This document shows, piece by piece, positions 13,070 to 24,270 of a DNA stretch of 64,000 nucleotides. Under the pieces are notes generated by a model, which was not told the origin of the DNA, searched no databases, and saw only the letters and a program-made list of their open reading frames with translations. The position numbers were made by a program, and so were the translations under genes. Numbering within the stretch: the stretch's first letter is position 1; each line of letters starts with the position of its first letter. The DNA is from Callorhinchus milii (lineage: Eukaryota). The stretch spans positions 15,254,001-15,318,000 of the forward strand of contig NW_024704743.1 of assembly GCF_018977255.1 (NCBI RefSeq), in the 5' to 3' direction.

Positions 13070-13490
13070 ACGGTTCAAGAACCTGGTCCTCACCTTCAAA
13101 GCCCTCCACAGCCTTGCTCCCCCCTACCTCTGCAACCTCCTATCCCTCTATCATCATGCCCACTCCCTCCGGACAGCGGGTTCTGGCTTGCTTCACACCC
13201 CCCACCACGCCTGCCCTACCATTGGTGGTCGAGCCTTCAGCCAGTCTGCTCTACCCCCTGGAACTCCATCGCTCAGTCCCTCTGCCTCGCCTCCTCCCTT
13301 GCCTCCTTCAAGAACCATCTCAAGACCCTCCTCTTCAACCGTGCTTTCGATCACCCTGCTTCCCCCCCTGCCCTCCACCATCCCCAATCCCGACCCCCAG
13401 CTTCTGTCCGAAACACTGACTGTCCAGCGCCTTGGGACGTCCTCCCGACTTGAAAGGCGCTATACAAATGTAATTTTGTTGTTGTTGTAG
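13070..13490 (+). mobile_element. L2-clade LINE 3' end
   Basis: PTIGGRAFS and SFKNHLKTLLF motifs; (TTG)n tail. Confidence 0.88.
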
Positions 13491-13747
13491 TATAGTATAA
13501 TTCCAATCATCACAGCTAGGGCTGCCCTGTAACCGGGTCACAGTTCCTTTGACTTTATGGCTAATTATTTACTTGTGATTATCAGTTAAAATCCGAAAAA
13601 CTGCAGAATATGGAAAAATTTAATAGGAGAGCAAAATTGTCGAAACAATTCTTTTAATCTGCTGCATTGGTTTTATTGTCCTCTCAATATCCACATTTTC
13701 CTACTAACACAAGTATGTTACCAACCCAACCTGACTTCAAATTATTA

Positions 13748-14004
13748 CCAAAAAAACGGAAAATACTGCAGATGCTGGAAATCTGAAAACAAAAGCAGAA
13801 GTCGCTGGGAACACTCAGCAGGTCAGGCAGCATCTATGGAGAAAGGAAAGTGAGTCAACGTTTTGGGTCCACAACCCTTCATCAGAACTGGGGCATGTTG
13901 GGAGGGAAAGGCTTTTAAGGGCTAAAAGCCTCTCCCTCCCAACATACACCAGCTAGACCCGAAACATTGACTCACTTTCCTTTCTCCATAGATGCTGCCT
14001 GACC
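13748..14004. mobile_element. Penelope-like-element-derived fold-back with a degenerate minimal hammerhead motif
   Basis: Arms 13821-13917 and 13923-14004 are reverse complements; minus-strand agtt-CTGATGA-agggttgtggaccc-AAAAC-GTT-gact at 13853-13889; flanked by cttcaaat(t/g)atta direct repeats. Confidence 0.6.
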
Positions 14005-14244
14005 TTCAAATGATTATAGCTGCTGCTGATTAATCTCCTTTCAGCTCCTCTAGCTCGCCCTGAAATAGTTTTAACACCCCACTCTCCCGTGCAGCTTCCA
14101 GATCGCTTGCTCTTCTGTTCTTTCAGAGATAAAACAAACTAATGCCAAGGAAGAAAAGCGTCTATTAAAACTAATGCACTAGTTTTGATGGAGCACCGGC
14201 ACACTTGTTCAGATAGCTCCCCTGTTATTATGTTTCTTTGTTTC

Positions 14245-15980
14245 CCCACCCTCTGTCACCAAACTCATCCTATCCCTAAAACCAACCACCTGCTCCCTTG
14301 ACCCCATCCCCACTCCACTCCTTATCTCCCAGCTCCACTTTCTTGCCCCACATATCACCGACATCATCAACCTCTCCCTCTCCTCTGGCTCTGTCCCCAT
14401 TCCCTTAAAAACTGCCACCATCACGCCCACCCTGAAAAAACCCTCCCTTGATGCGTCGCAGCTATCAAGCTACCGGCCCATCTCCAACCTCCCCTTTCTC
14501 TCCAAGGTCCTGGAAAGAGTTGTCGCCTCCCAACTGCGCTCTTTCCTTTCCACCCATTCACTTTTCGAACCCCTTCAGTCAGGTTTCCGTGCTGCCCATA
14601 GCACAGAAACTGCCCTGGTCAAGGTCACCAATGATATCCTGACCATCTGTGACCAGGGCTCCCTCTGCCTCCTCGTCCTCCTCGACCTATCGGCAGCATT
14701 CGATACGGTCGACCACGCTATCCTACTCCACCGCTTGTCCTCCCACCTCAACCTTCAAGGCACTGTCCTTGAGTGGTTTAGGTCGTACCTTTCTCACCGT
14801 CTTCACTTTGTCTCGACGAATGGCTTCTCCTCCACCCCCCGTACTGTCTCATGTGGTGTCCCTCAGGGCTCTGTCCTCGGTCCCCTCCTCTTCACCCTCT
14901 ATATGCTCCCCCTGTGGTGACATCATCCGCAGACATGGAGTTAACTTCCACATGTATGCGGATGACACCCAACTCTACCTTTCCTCCTCTACTCTCAACT
15001 CCACGACCACCGATGTCCGACATCGAGTCCTGGACGAGAGACAACTTTCTTCAGCTCAACGTGCGAAAAACCGAGGCCCTCCTGATTGGCTCACGTCAGC
15101 GCCTCCGCACCTCAGGCGCTGACACCATCAGCATCCAAGGCTGCACTCTCCACCTCTCAAAGCCAGTCAGGAACCTCGGCGTTTTGTTCGACCCTGAGCT
15201 GTCCTTTCTCCCTCACATCCGCACCACAACTGGCACCGCCTTCCATCACCTCCGGAACATCGCCAGACTACGGCACTACCTCACCCCTCACGCTGCTGAA
15301 ACCCTGGTCCACGCCTTTGTCACCTCAAGGCTGGACTATGGGAACTCTCTCCTCGCCGGCCTTCCCGCCACCTCCCTCCACAAGCTGCAGGTCATTCAGA
15401 ACTCTGCAGCTCGTGTACTGTCCCGCACCAGGCTTCGCGACCACATCACTCCCACCCTCGCTCGCCTCCACTGGCTCCCCATCCCCCAGAGGATTGATTT
15501 CAAGATCCTCATCCTCACCTACAAGGCCATTCACGGCCTTGCTCCCTCCTACCTCTCCGACCTACTATCCCCCTACCTACCTGCCCGTACCCTCCGTTCC
15601 TCCGGCTCCGGTCTGCTCCACGTCCCCCGCCCCAACCGCCCTACCATCGGTGGTCGGGCCTTCAGCCTCTCAGGCCCCCGGCTCTGGAACTCCATCCCCC
15701 AGTGCCTTCGCCGCCTCCTCCCTTTCCTCCTTCAAGGCCGGTCTCAAAACCTTTCTCTTTGACCGAGCCTTCAGCTCCCCTCTCGACTCTCTTCCCCCTC
15801 CTCGCTCCCTCCCTTCCCTCCCCTCACCATTTCCCCCCTCCTCGCTCCCTCCCTTCCCTCCCCTCAACCTGACCATTTCCCCCCTGCTCGGGTCATGACC
15901 CAACTGTGCAGCGCCTTGGGACGTCCTCCTGACGTGAAAGGCGCTTTATAAATGGAATCTTGTTGTTGTTGTTGTTGTTT
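14245..15980 (+). mobile_element. Young 5'-truncated L2-clade LINE with nearly intact RT domain and 3' tail
   Basis: [50 protein letters not shown] and LARLHWLP motifs with a few frameshifts; (TTG)n tail. Confidence 0.95.
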
Positions 15981-16778
15981 TCTCTTGCTCACCAGAAGAG
16001 CAAGCGATCTGGAAGCTGCACGGGAGAGTGGGGTGTTAAAACTATTTCAGGACAAGCTAGAGAAGCTGAAAGGAGATTAATCAGCAGCAGCTATAATCAT
16101 TTGAAGGTCAGGCCGCATCTATGGAGAAAGGAAAGTGAAGGAGAAAATAAGCGCTGAACCACTCAGGCAATGCCACAGCCAGGTGGGCTGCGAAGACTAA
16201 ATATTTCATTTGATTAAGTTTTGCAACGTTATCTGAGAATTTTTAGCCGTGGAGGTGCATAAACAGAGGCTCCCCAAAAAATTGAAACCGCTTTCAGTGC
16301 TCATATTTTGTGTTTGGATGTCACTTGTCTCTTCATGAATCTGTGTTTTCAGAATTTATTTAAAATACAAATTGATGGTTGTGAGGTATAGTGGGCTGAT
16401 GGGGGGAGATTGGGTTGAAAGTTCTGCCCTAGATGATTTCCTTGGAGAACTAGAAGGGAGTAAGGTATAGAATAGCAAGTTCTAAAACAGTAGGAAAGAA
16501 GAAAATGCCCACTACCAAGTGCATTCCTTGCAGCTGTCAATGACTGATGGTTCGCATGGTAGAAAATAATCTTTGCAAACAAATAAGTGTTTGCATTTTA
16601 ATCACATCTATCTGCATACCAGCAAAGGACCTTTGTATGTGTACATTATATCCATATTATCTTCGCAGTGTCATGTGAAGTATGATTTTTTTCAATGCAG
16701 GGAGATTACAAAGCAGAGTGATGGTTAAACAAATGCTGATAGGATTTGTAGATTTAATGTCCTTTTATTGATCTTTAG

Positions 16779-16985
16779 GTGGTGAGAGCTGCAGAAGAAG
16801 CTGCCTCAGCCATGGCCTCATCCATCAACCCTGAACAGTGCATTAAAGTGCTTTGTCCTATCATCCAAACTGCAGAATGTCCTATCAATCTGGCAGCAAT
16901 CAAAATGCAAACCAAGATCATAGAGAGAATCTCGAAAGAAACCCTCAACATGTTGTTGCCTGAAATTATTCCTGGTCTGCTAATG
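16779..16985 (+). CDS. CLASP2: CLASP2 coding exon
   Basis: ctttag|GTG and ATG|gtatgt; 207 nt; VVRAAEEAASAMASSINPEQCIKVLCPIIQTAECPINLAAIKMQTKIIERISKETLNMLLPEIIPGLLM. Confidence 0.96.
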
Positions 16986-17011
16986 GTATGTGACGAGATA
17001 AACTTCTAAGT

Positions 17012-17039
17012 ATAATAATAATAATAATAATAATAATAA
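17012..17039. repeat. (TAA)n microsatellite
   Basis: Visible trinucleotide run. Confidence 0.9.
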
Positions 17040-17497
17040 GTATAGGCAGTTAGGTAGATGGGCTTGAAATGTGAAATGATTTTGATGCAAATTTGATGAA
17101 TTAAAACAATTAGAATTGAAAAAGAATTGTAGTTTGAGAATGATAAATCTATTGAAAATGCAGAAATATCCAAAAAGCATTCAGGAAACATACTGAATTG
17201 TGAGTAAATATGAAATAGGAATTAAATACCTTAAAATAAGATTGTGAGATCTTTATTACAACTTATAATAACCGTATTTATTATAATTGTATTTTTAAAA
17301 ATAATCTTTTAGGTTCTCAAAACATATTTTACCTGTTTCATTAAGCAGTTGTTTCCTTGATTGTGTGGCATATATTTAATATGATTGAAAATTGGTGCTT
17401 TGCATTACTGCTCAGACTGAGGACATTATTTAACATAATGTAACTTTCACAATTCTCCTCTAATATAGCTGTGTGTTTAAATAAATGGCTTTTTCAG

Positions 17498-17614
17498 GGT
17501 TATGACAATTCAGAGAGCGGTGTTCGCAAAGCAAGTGTATTTTGCCTTGTTGCCATCTATTCAGTTATTGGTGAAGACCTTAAACCACACCTTGGTCAAC
17601 TCACTGTCAGTAAG
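17498..17614 (+). CDS. CLASP2: CLASP2 penultimate coding exon
   Basis: ttttcag|GGT and AAG|gtaagt; 117 nt; GYDNSESGVRKASVFCLVAIYSVIGEDLKPHLGQLTVSK. Confidence 0.96.
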
Positions 17615-17689
17615 GTAAGTTCCTTTTAATTCCTTGTGTCTTTTACACCAGTTGTCAGGGATCTCAGATTAGATATTTATTTTGTGTTG

Positions 17690-18010
17690 CTTAATTTATA
17701 AGCATTCCTCGCCTGTCTCCCGAGTTCCACCACCCAGAAGGTCCGGCTCATCAAAACTCCACTGCCCATGTTCTCACCTGTACCAAATCTGCCTATCACA
17801 CCAATTCTCACTCGGCTCCATTGGCTCTCCATCTCCGAAAGGAACATCTTCAAGATCCTCATTCTCACAAATAAATCCTTTCATGGCCTAGCACCTCCCT
17901 ACTTCTCTGACATACTTGTACCCCACTCTTCTGCCCACCCATTTCACTCAGCTAACACAGGCCTGCTGCGCATCCCTTGACCCGTCCGTGCCTTCAACCA
18001 TGACAGACCT
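17690..18010 (+). mobile_element. Degraded L2 fragment
   Basis: ITPILTRLHWLSI...FKILIL motif. Confidence 0.8.
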
Positions 18011-19419
18011 ACCCTTAGAACTCAGCATAGCCTCCGCTTTATTTTAAGCATTCCAAGATTCTACCACTTGTGAAGGGCACCTATAAGGCTGTTGTTTTGT
18101 TGTTAATCTCGTTCACTTTAAGACCTATCTCTTCAACTATGTCAATAGTCAATTCCCCCCTTCTCTGTTGCTCAGTGTCAAACCCTGAAGTGCTCTGAAA
18201 TGCTATCCTGAATGAAGGGGGCTATGTAAATCCAAGTAGTTATATCCAATATACAGTTCTAATTTTATTCATTAATTCCCACTGGTCCTTTCTGGAAAAA
18301 AAACACTTTGATAAGCTACAGACATGGTGAATACAGTCCTTTACAAGTTGTTCTTCTAAAACTAAGTCTGGCAGCTCACAGTGGGGAGGTTATTGGGATG
18401 CTACAAATTAGCCTCGACACTCTGTGCGAGAGAGGGAAAATTAGTCAGGGTTTCCACTCTGACTGCTAGCTCAGATGTAAAGCTAGTGAATACAAATTCA
18501 TCCACAAAATACACTTTACAGTGTATACCCTGAAGCACTTTGACACATCTCAACTACATAAACATTATATCAAATAGAAGAATTATTATCTGTATAACAG
18601 GTTGCCACCATTTACCATCAAGGCTGACATGTAAATGATGGATTCGGCAGAGGGAGAGTGAAATTAAACTTTTAACTGCTTGCCTTGTTGTTTGTATATA
18701 CTGTTAGTCTTCTTCCCTATACTCTACCCTCTTTTTATTATTTCTTATTTCTAGTTAAAAACTTTCACATGGAAGAATCCAGTTCCCACTGGAAATGCTC
18801 AAGCACAGCAGATTGACAGGGCAGCATTAGCACAATAACAATTAATTAATTAATTAATTAGCAATTAAAAATAGGTCAATAAGCACTCACAGGACCTCCT
18901 GCTGAACTGGTAGCAAACATAAAGGACTTTTGTGCACCATTGGAACCCATCAGTGTTTCCTTTTCACCTCTTTTCCCAATTAACCAGATTATTTTTTAGT
19001 TGATGCTATAAGCAAAGTATATTCTGAAAACTTCTCTGTCTCTCTCCTCTATTGTTGCTGGAGACAATTCATAACAATTTCTTCCCTATATTAGATATGA
19101 AATGTTAACAGATAGCAATTTCACCATTCAGCAAATGGAAATATTGGAATGGATATTTGACAAACTCATAGGTGACATGAAATTCATTCAGTGGGATCAT
19201 ATACATAATGCAGCTGCAAGTCACGGTGTACCTGCTATCCGTTGTAAGAGGATAATCTTCAGGTGCAGCTGTGTTTACTTCATTGCAAAACCTGAAGTCT
19301 CCATCTCATTTTACAGTACTATTATTATTATTTGCAATAGAACATCCTGAATATTAACATTTCTATGTTTGTTGAGGAGGGTGAACACTGGTTGTCTCCA
19401 GAATAAGAATTCTATTATT

Positions 19420-19615
19420 ATAGTGTTGTTACGGTCTGGACCACCTGAAAGGGTGGTGGAAGCAGATTCGATAATAGCTTTCAAAAGGTACTTAAAAAGG
19501 AAGAATTTGCAGGGTTGTGGGAAAGTGTGGGGGAGCGGGACTGGTTAGTAGCTCTTTCAAAGAGCCGGCACAGGCACGATGGGCCAAATGGCCTCTATCA
19601 GTGCTGTAAAATTCT
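19420..19615 (+). mobile_element. CR1 3' tail fragment
   Basis: Matches 5660-5860 (gctctttcaaagagccggcacaggcacgatgggccaaatggcct). Confidence 0.8.
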
Positions 19616-20235
19616 GATTATCATGTGAAGCACTTTGCAAGAATTGAATGGATTCCATCTCTTGAGATCAGAGTAAAGGTGAAGCTGTTTCCTGTAATAT
19701 TAAGCGTCCTCTGAATGAAGCACAATTGCCTTATATTTTTACTCAAGAAAGAGGAAAGTTGATAATGCTGTTATTCTGAACTAATATTATGTTGCTACAA
19801 AGGTTTACAAAGAATGTGCAGCATGGAAAAAAGCAAATTGTTTGTGTCCGTTTATATTCCACGAGTCGTCACCCATTCCTTACTCCCTCCCAATCCCTTC
19901 TATTCCCCTCTCCCTCATGTGAACAACTAGCTTCCTCTTAAACAACCACACTCTCTGATTCAACCACCACTGAGTATTATGTTGTTATATTAGCTAATGT
20001 TCTAAACAATTTGAAACAAACGTTATTTCTAGAATGCCCATTTTGGAATTAATTTCTTAATTTGCGAATCATTTTATTATTGTTTTAAAAAGAGTAGCCT
20101 TACATAATTGTTGATTGTTACAATTATCAGCCTTATTCATATGTGAATTGATATTTTAATTATATTCTCTCAATGTTTACAGCAATTTTTAAGTGTTATA
20201 TAATGAAGACCTATTTCACACCTTTTGTATTACAG

Positions 20236-20322
20236 ATGAAATTATTAAACTTGTACATTAAACGTGCACAAACTGGCTCCAGCACAACTGGCTCAACATC
20301 AGACCTGGCTGGTCAAAGCTAG
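20236..20322 (+). CDS. CLASP2: CLASP2 last coding exon with stop codon
   Basis: tacag|ATG; MKLLNLYIKRAQTGSSTTGSTSDLAGQS*; the AQTGS...GQS tail resembles CLASP2 rather than CLASP1, and adjacency to UBP1 agrees. Confidence 0.94.
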   Translation: MKLLNLYIKRAQTGSSTTGSTSDLAGQS

Positions 20323-21930
20323 AGATAGCAGTTATTTTACAGTAGAAAGTGTCCTGAGGAAGGAACAACCAGTTTTTCAAGATCAGACTCTCCTTTGGAA
20401 TTTGTTTCATCACACGTGTATGCAACAAACTGCTTCCCTCAGCCTGCATGTGACTGTTGCACCAGAATTTATTCCGGAATAGAGGGGACAGTATTAAAGT
20501 CAATCCAGATAAATAAATCACTTCAGCTTCTTGCTCAAACTCCAGTGTGTCTTCTCATTAACATTTACCAGTGTTACAATTATATAAATAAAATGCTAAT
20601 TATGATTAAAAAGCAATGCTTTAACCTTCGGAAACGTTTTTTGCTTCTATTACAACTGCATTACAACCTCCTTTAATTATGTTATTTATTTCTTAAGTTT
20701 CACAATCATCTGTAAACAGCTTTTAAATCAGAGCAGAACCAGATTGAACTGTCACCCACAACTCTTTTGTTTTTGGGTGTATGCTATGACAACAAACCTT
20801 TTAGGATTATAACTCCATGTCATTGCAATAGAGCTGGAATTGTCTGGTTCTGCGGCTGTTACTTGCCTGATCTCTGATTTACTCTGCTGTTCCCTCAATA
20901 AAAGTAATGTGCACTAAACAGACGAAAGCTAGAAGTGCCGGGCATTCCTGAGTAGCAGAGAACTGGCTCTGTTTCCTGCATCACAGTGGTCAGTTTAAGT
21001 GACTCGGTACTAGTTCTGTTTTGAGGCTCGTGCCATTACTAAATGGACATGAACCATACTTGTCATCACGCCTTCTTCAAGCAGGATCCATCGGAGTGGA
21101 GTGCTCTACACAAGCACACTCAGTATGTAACCTGTTTGTGTTTAGTATGAATTTCTAGTACAGTTCTAGTAAATGCACATACATTCATCAGGCAGTCAGT
21201 TTTCAGGAGATATACCCCAATTGTGTTGATGTACTACTGGGCTATTGAACTGAACGTTTGTCTATGTGCGCGATGGTGGCTTTGTGATAGCCTTTGCAGG
21301 ACGCTTAACATGTGTAGCTACTACATGTAAATGTCAAGTTTTTTTTTATGTTGGTGTCCACTTAGCAAGGAAAATGAGAAGGATCATTAGGGAGCTATCA
21401 GCATGGTGCATTAGTGTTCTCTCTACCTCTTGTTGCAGACAGGTATTCTTTCAACCTGCTTTCTTTGAAAAAGTCTACTTTAACTGGTTGCTCGTATTGG
21501 TCATAAAAATCCTTTATAATGACTAACATTCAGTGATATGTGCTAAGTCGATATTGGAAATAGTTTTGTTGCCAGTTGTTATGTGATGGTGATGCTCGTG
21601 GAGACAGACACACAAAGTCCAAAACAAAGTGAATGCATCCAACATGAATCTAACTGAGAAAGCAGGTCCTGCTCATTCTGTTGTTTTGCTGCTGTTGCAA
21701 AGTTGCCCTTTTTTTGTTTCATGAAAACTTTGTAGAAATGTATTTAAAGATTTTAAGGGAACAGTCTCTTTATCGGTCACTGGCTTTTTTTTAGCAGCTG
21801 CATCAAGGATATAGTGTTATGTGAATGTAACATTTTAGTTTTACACTGTATTATTACGTATTTATAGTTATGTGCTTACAATTGTGCATACACTGGCAAT
21901 AAACTGTATATAACATTAACTAATTAATGA
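20323..21930 (+). other. CLASP2: CLASP2 3' UTR (end approximate)
   Basis: About 1.6 kb after the stop with no recognisable repeats, ending near AATAAA at 21898 with T/GT-rich sequence downstream. Confidence 0.6.
21898..21903 (+). terminator. Likely CLASP2 polyadenylation signal (alternative AATAAA at 20587 and 20897)
   Basis: AATAAA preceded by TGTA motifs and followed by T/GT-rich sequence. Confidence 0.55.
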
Positions 21931-22784
21931 ATCGCCAAAGTTGATTATTTTGTCTTCTGTGTTCATGATTTTTTTCAAGACTAATGTGTGTCATCCTGAA
22001 TTTTTAAAAATCCTTAAGTAGCATTCTGTTTAAAAGATGCTGCAATGTTATTTCTGTTACCGTTACAACAAAAATCTGATTCTTCCATTGATATCAGATA
22101 ATTCTGGATTTTTATACGGGCTTAGAGGCTCGAGTTAGTCTTTATAAAGCGTCTGGGGGTCTGTGCGAGCATCATTTAATCAATGGTCTTTAAACTGATC
22201 TGGCTTCACTGAAGAAAAAAATGAAGATACTGTGCACCAGTCATGACCAAGCCAATGTTCTCCAGATGTAGGGAAGGTGAAATTAATTGAGAGAACATCT
22301 GCAGTATAATTGCAAATTTCAGGTGTTCAATCTGCAGCAGGGTTTGAATAGTATTATGAATAATTGGACCAGTTAGCACTTGGATATGTAATGTTAACAT
22401 AATTCTCATCCCCAATCCCACAGTATCCTGACAAAAATGTGCTGTCCAATTATATGTGGGGATTTGTCTGTTTCTGCAGATATTTCCTGTGGCTTTAGGC
22501 AGCATGAACTTTCTAAAGAAATTCATTGAAATTACACCACAGAGGGCCATTGATCGGCTAGTGATAGCTTTTCATTTGGAGCTTTATCTGCAATTTTAAC
22601 ACCTTGCTTTTCCCCCAAAATTTGTAAAGTTCTTATAATACAATCATGGTATGTTAATTCCAGTCCATCCTGTTTGGTACAAAAAAAATTCAGTCAGTTC
22701 ACTTCAGAGTATATACTGTGAAGCGCTTTGAGACGTCTCAAAGACGTAATAAGGCACTATATCAAATGCAAGGATTATTATTAT

Positions 22785-24270
22785 AATGTGCAGCACGGAA
22801 ACAGGCCACTTGGCCAAACTAGTCTGTGCTGGTGTTTATACTCCACCCATATCTTACTCCCTCTCGTACCCTTCTATTCCCCTCTCCCTCATCTGAAGGT
22901 CCAGCTTCTGAAATGCATCTAACCCATCTGATTCAACCACCTCTCCAGGCAGCGACTTCCACAATCTCACTAACTTCTGGGTGATGTCGCTCCTCCTAAA
23001 TTCATTTTTAGATCCCCCAGTAGCTATCTTATATTTGTGTCCCCTGGTTGCAGACTCCCCAGCTAGTAAAAACAGTTATGTTCATCTTATCAAATCTTTT
23101 ATAATTATAAACACTTATTTTAGGTCCCTCCTTTAAACATCTCTTCTCTCGCGAAAAAAGGCCTAATATATCGAGTCTATCCTAATAGCAGTAACCTCCA
23201 GTCCTGGTATCCTTGTATACTTACGTTGTAATAATAATAATAATCCTTGCATTTGATATACTGCCTGCATACTCTTTGGCTCCCGGCAACGTCTTCACTC
23301 CTGCAGATCTGAACTCCTCAACCTCCCTGGGCTCTCCCTCAGACTCACCGAACCAATGCGCAACCTGGGCATCCGGTTCGACCCCCAGCTGTCCTTCCTC
23401 CCCACATCCTGTCCCTGACCACGACCGCCTTCCTCCACCTCCGCCACATTGCCCGCCTCCAACTGTACCTCACCCCAAATGCAGCCGAAACCCTTGTGCT
23501 TGCGTTTGTCACCTCCGACCTGGATTACTCCCAATGCACTCCTCGCCGGCCTCTCCAGCTCCACTATTCAAAAATCCAGCTCATTCAGAATTCTGCCACC
23601 TGCATACTGACCCGGACCAAGCTCCATACCCACATCTCACCAGTTCTGGCCAGACTCCACTGGCTCCCCATCACCGAACAGATCGATTTCAAGATCCTCA
23701 CACGTGTTCAAATCCATTCACTGCCTGGCACCTCCCTACTTCTCTCCCCAATCCACCACCCAGGGCCTCTGCTCGACTGGCACCGGCTTTCCATTTGTCC
23801 CTCACACCCTCCACTCCACCATTGGAGGTCAGCTTTCAGCCATTACATCCCCAAACTGTTGAATACTCCCTCCCTTAATCCCTCTGCCTTGTCCCCTCCC
23901 CTTTTTCAAATCCCACCTGAAAACCTTCCTTTTTGACCGTGCTTATGGTCACCTCCCCCCCCCCCCCCCCAGTTGTTGCCTTATCACATCTTCGAGACGT
24001 CTCAAAGCACTTCATGGAATATATTGTAAAGTGAATTGACTATATTTTATGGTTGAAACGCGACAGCCAGTTGTACTCTTTTGATCAAATACTAAATCCT
24101 TTTTTAGACTGGAGACCAGAATTAAACACAATACTCCAAATGTGGTCTAACCAAGGTTTGTATAAATTCAACATCACTTCCTCACTTTTATGTTTTTATC
24201 TCTCGTGATATAAAGGGTTAGGGTTAGTGTTGGACCCTATTTGACCTTTTTAAAGCCTTATTTATCTCCC
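22785..24270 (-). mobile_element. Old CR1 fragment (minus strand) interrupted by an L2 piece (+, ~23270-23960) and a SINE tail
   Basis: CR1-like sequence at 22785-23210 resumes at ~24090 (gaccagaattaaacacaatactccaaatgtggtctaacca); L2 motif [12 protein letters not shown] lies between. Confidence 0.65.

Noticed and set aside
14851..15898. Long ORFs (303 aa and 270 aa) as host genes
   Set aside because: They are frames of an L2 retrotransposon fragment.
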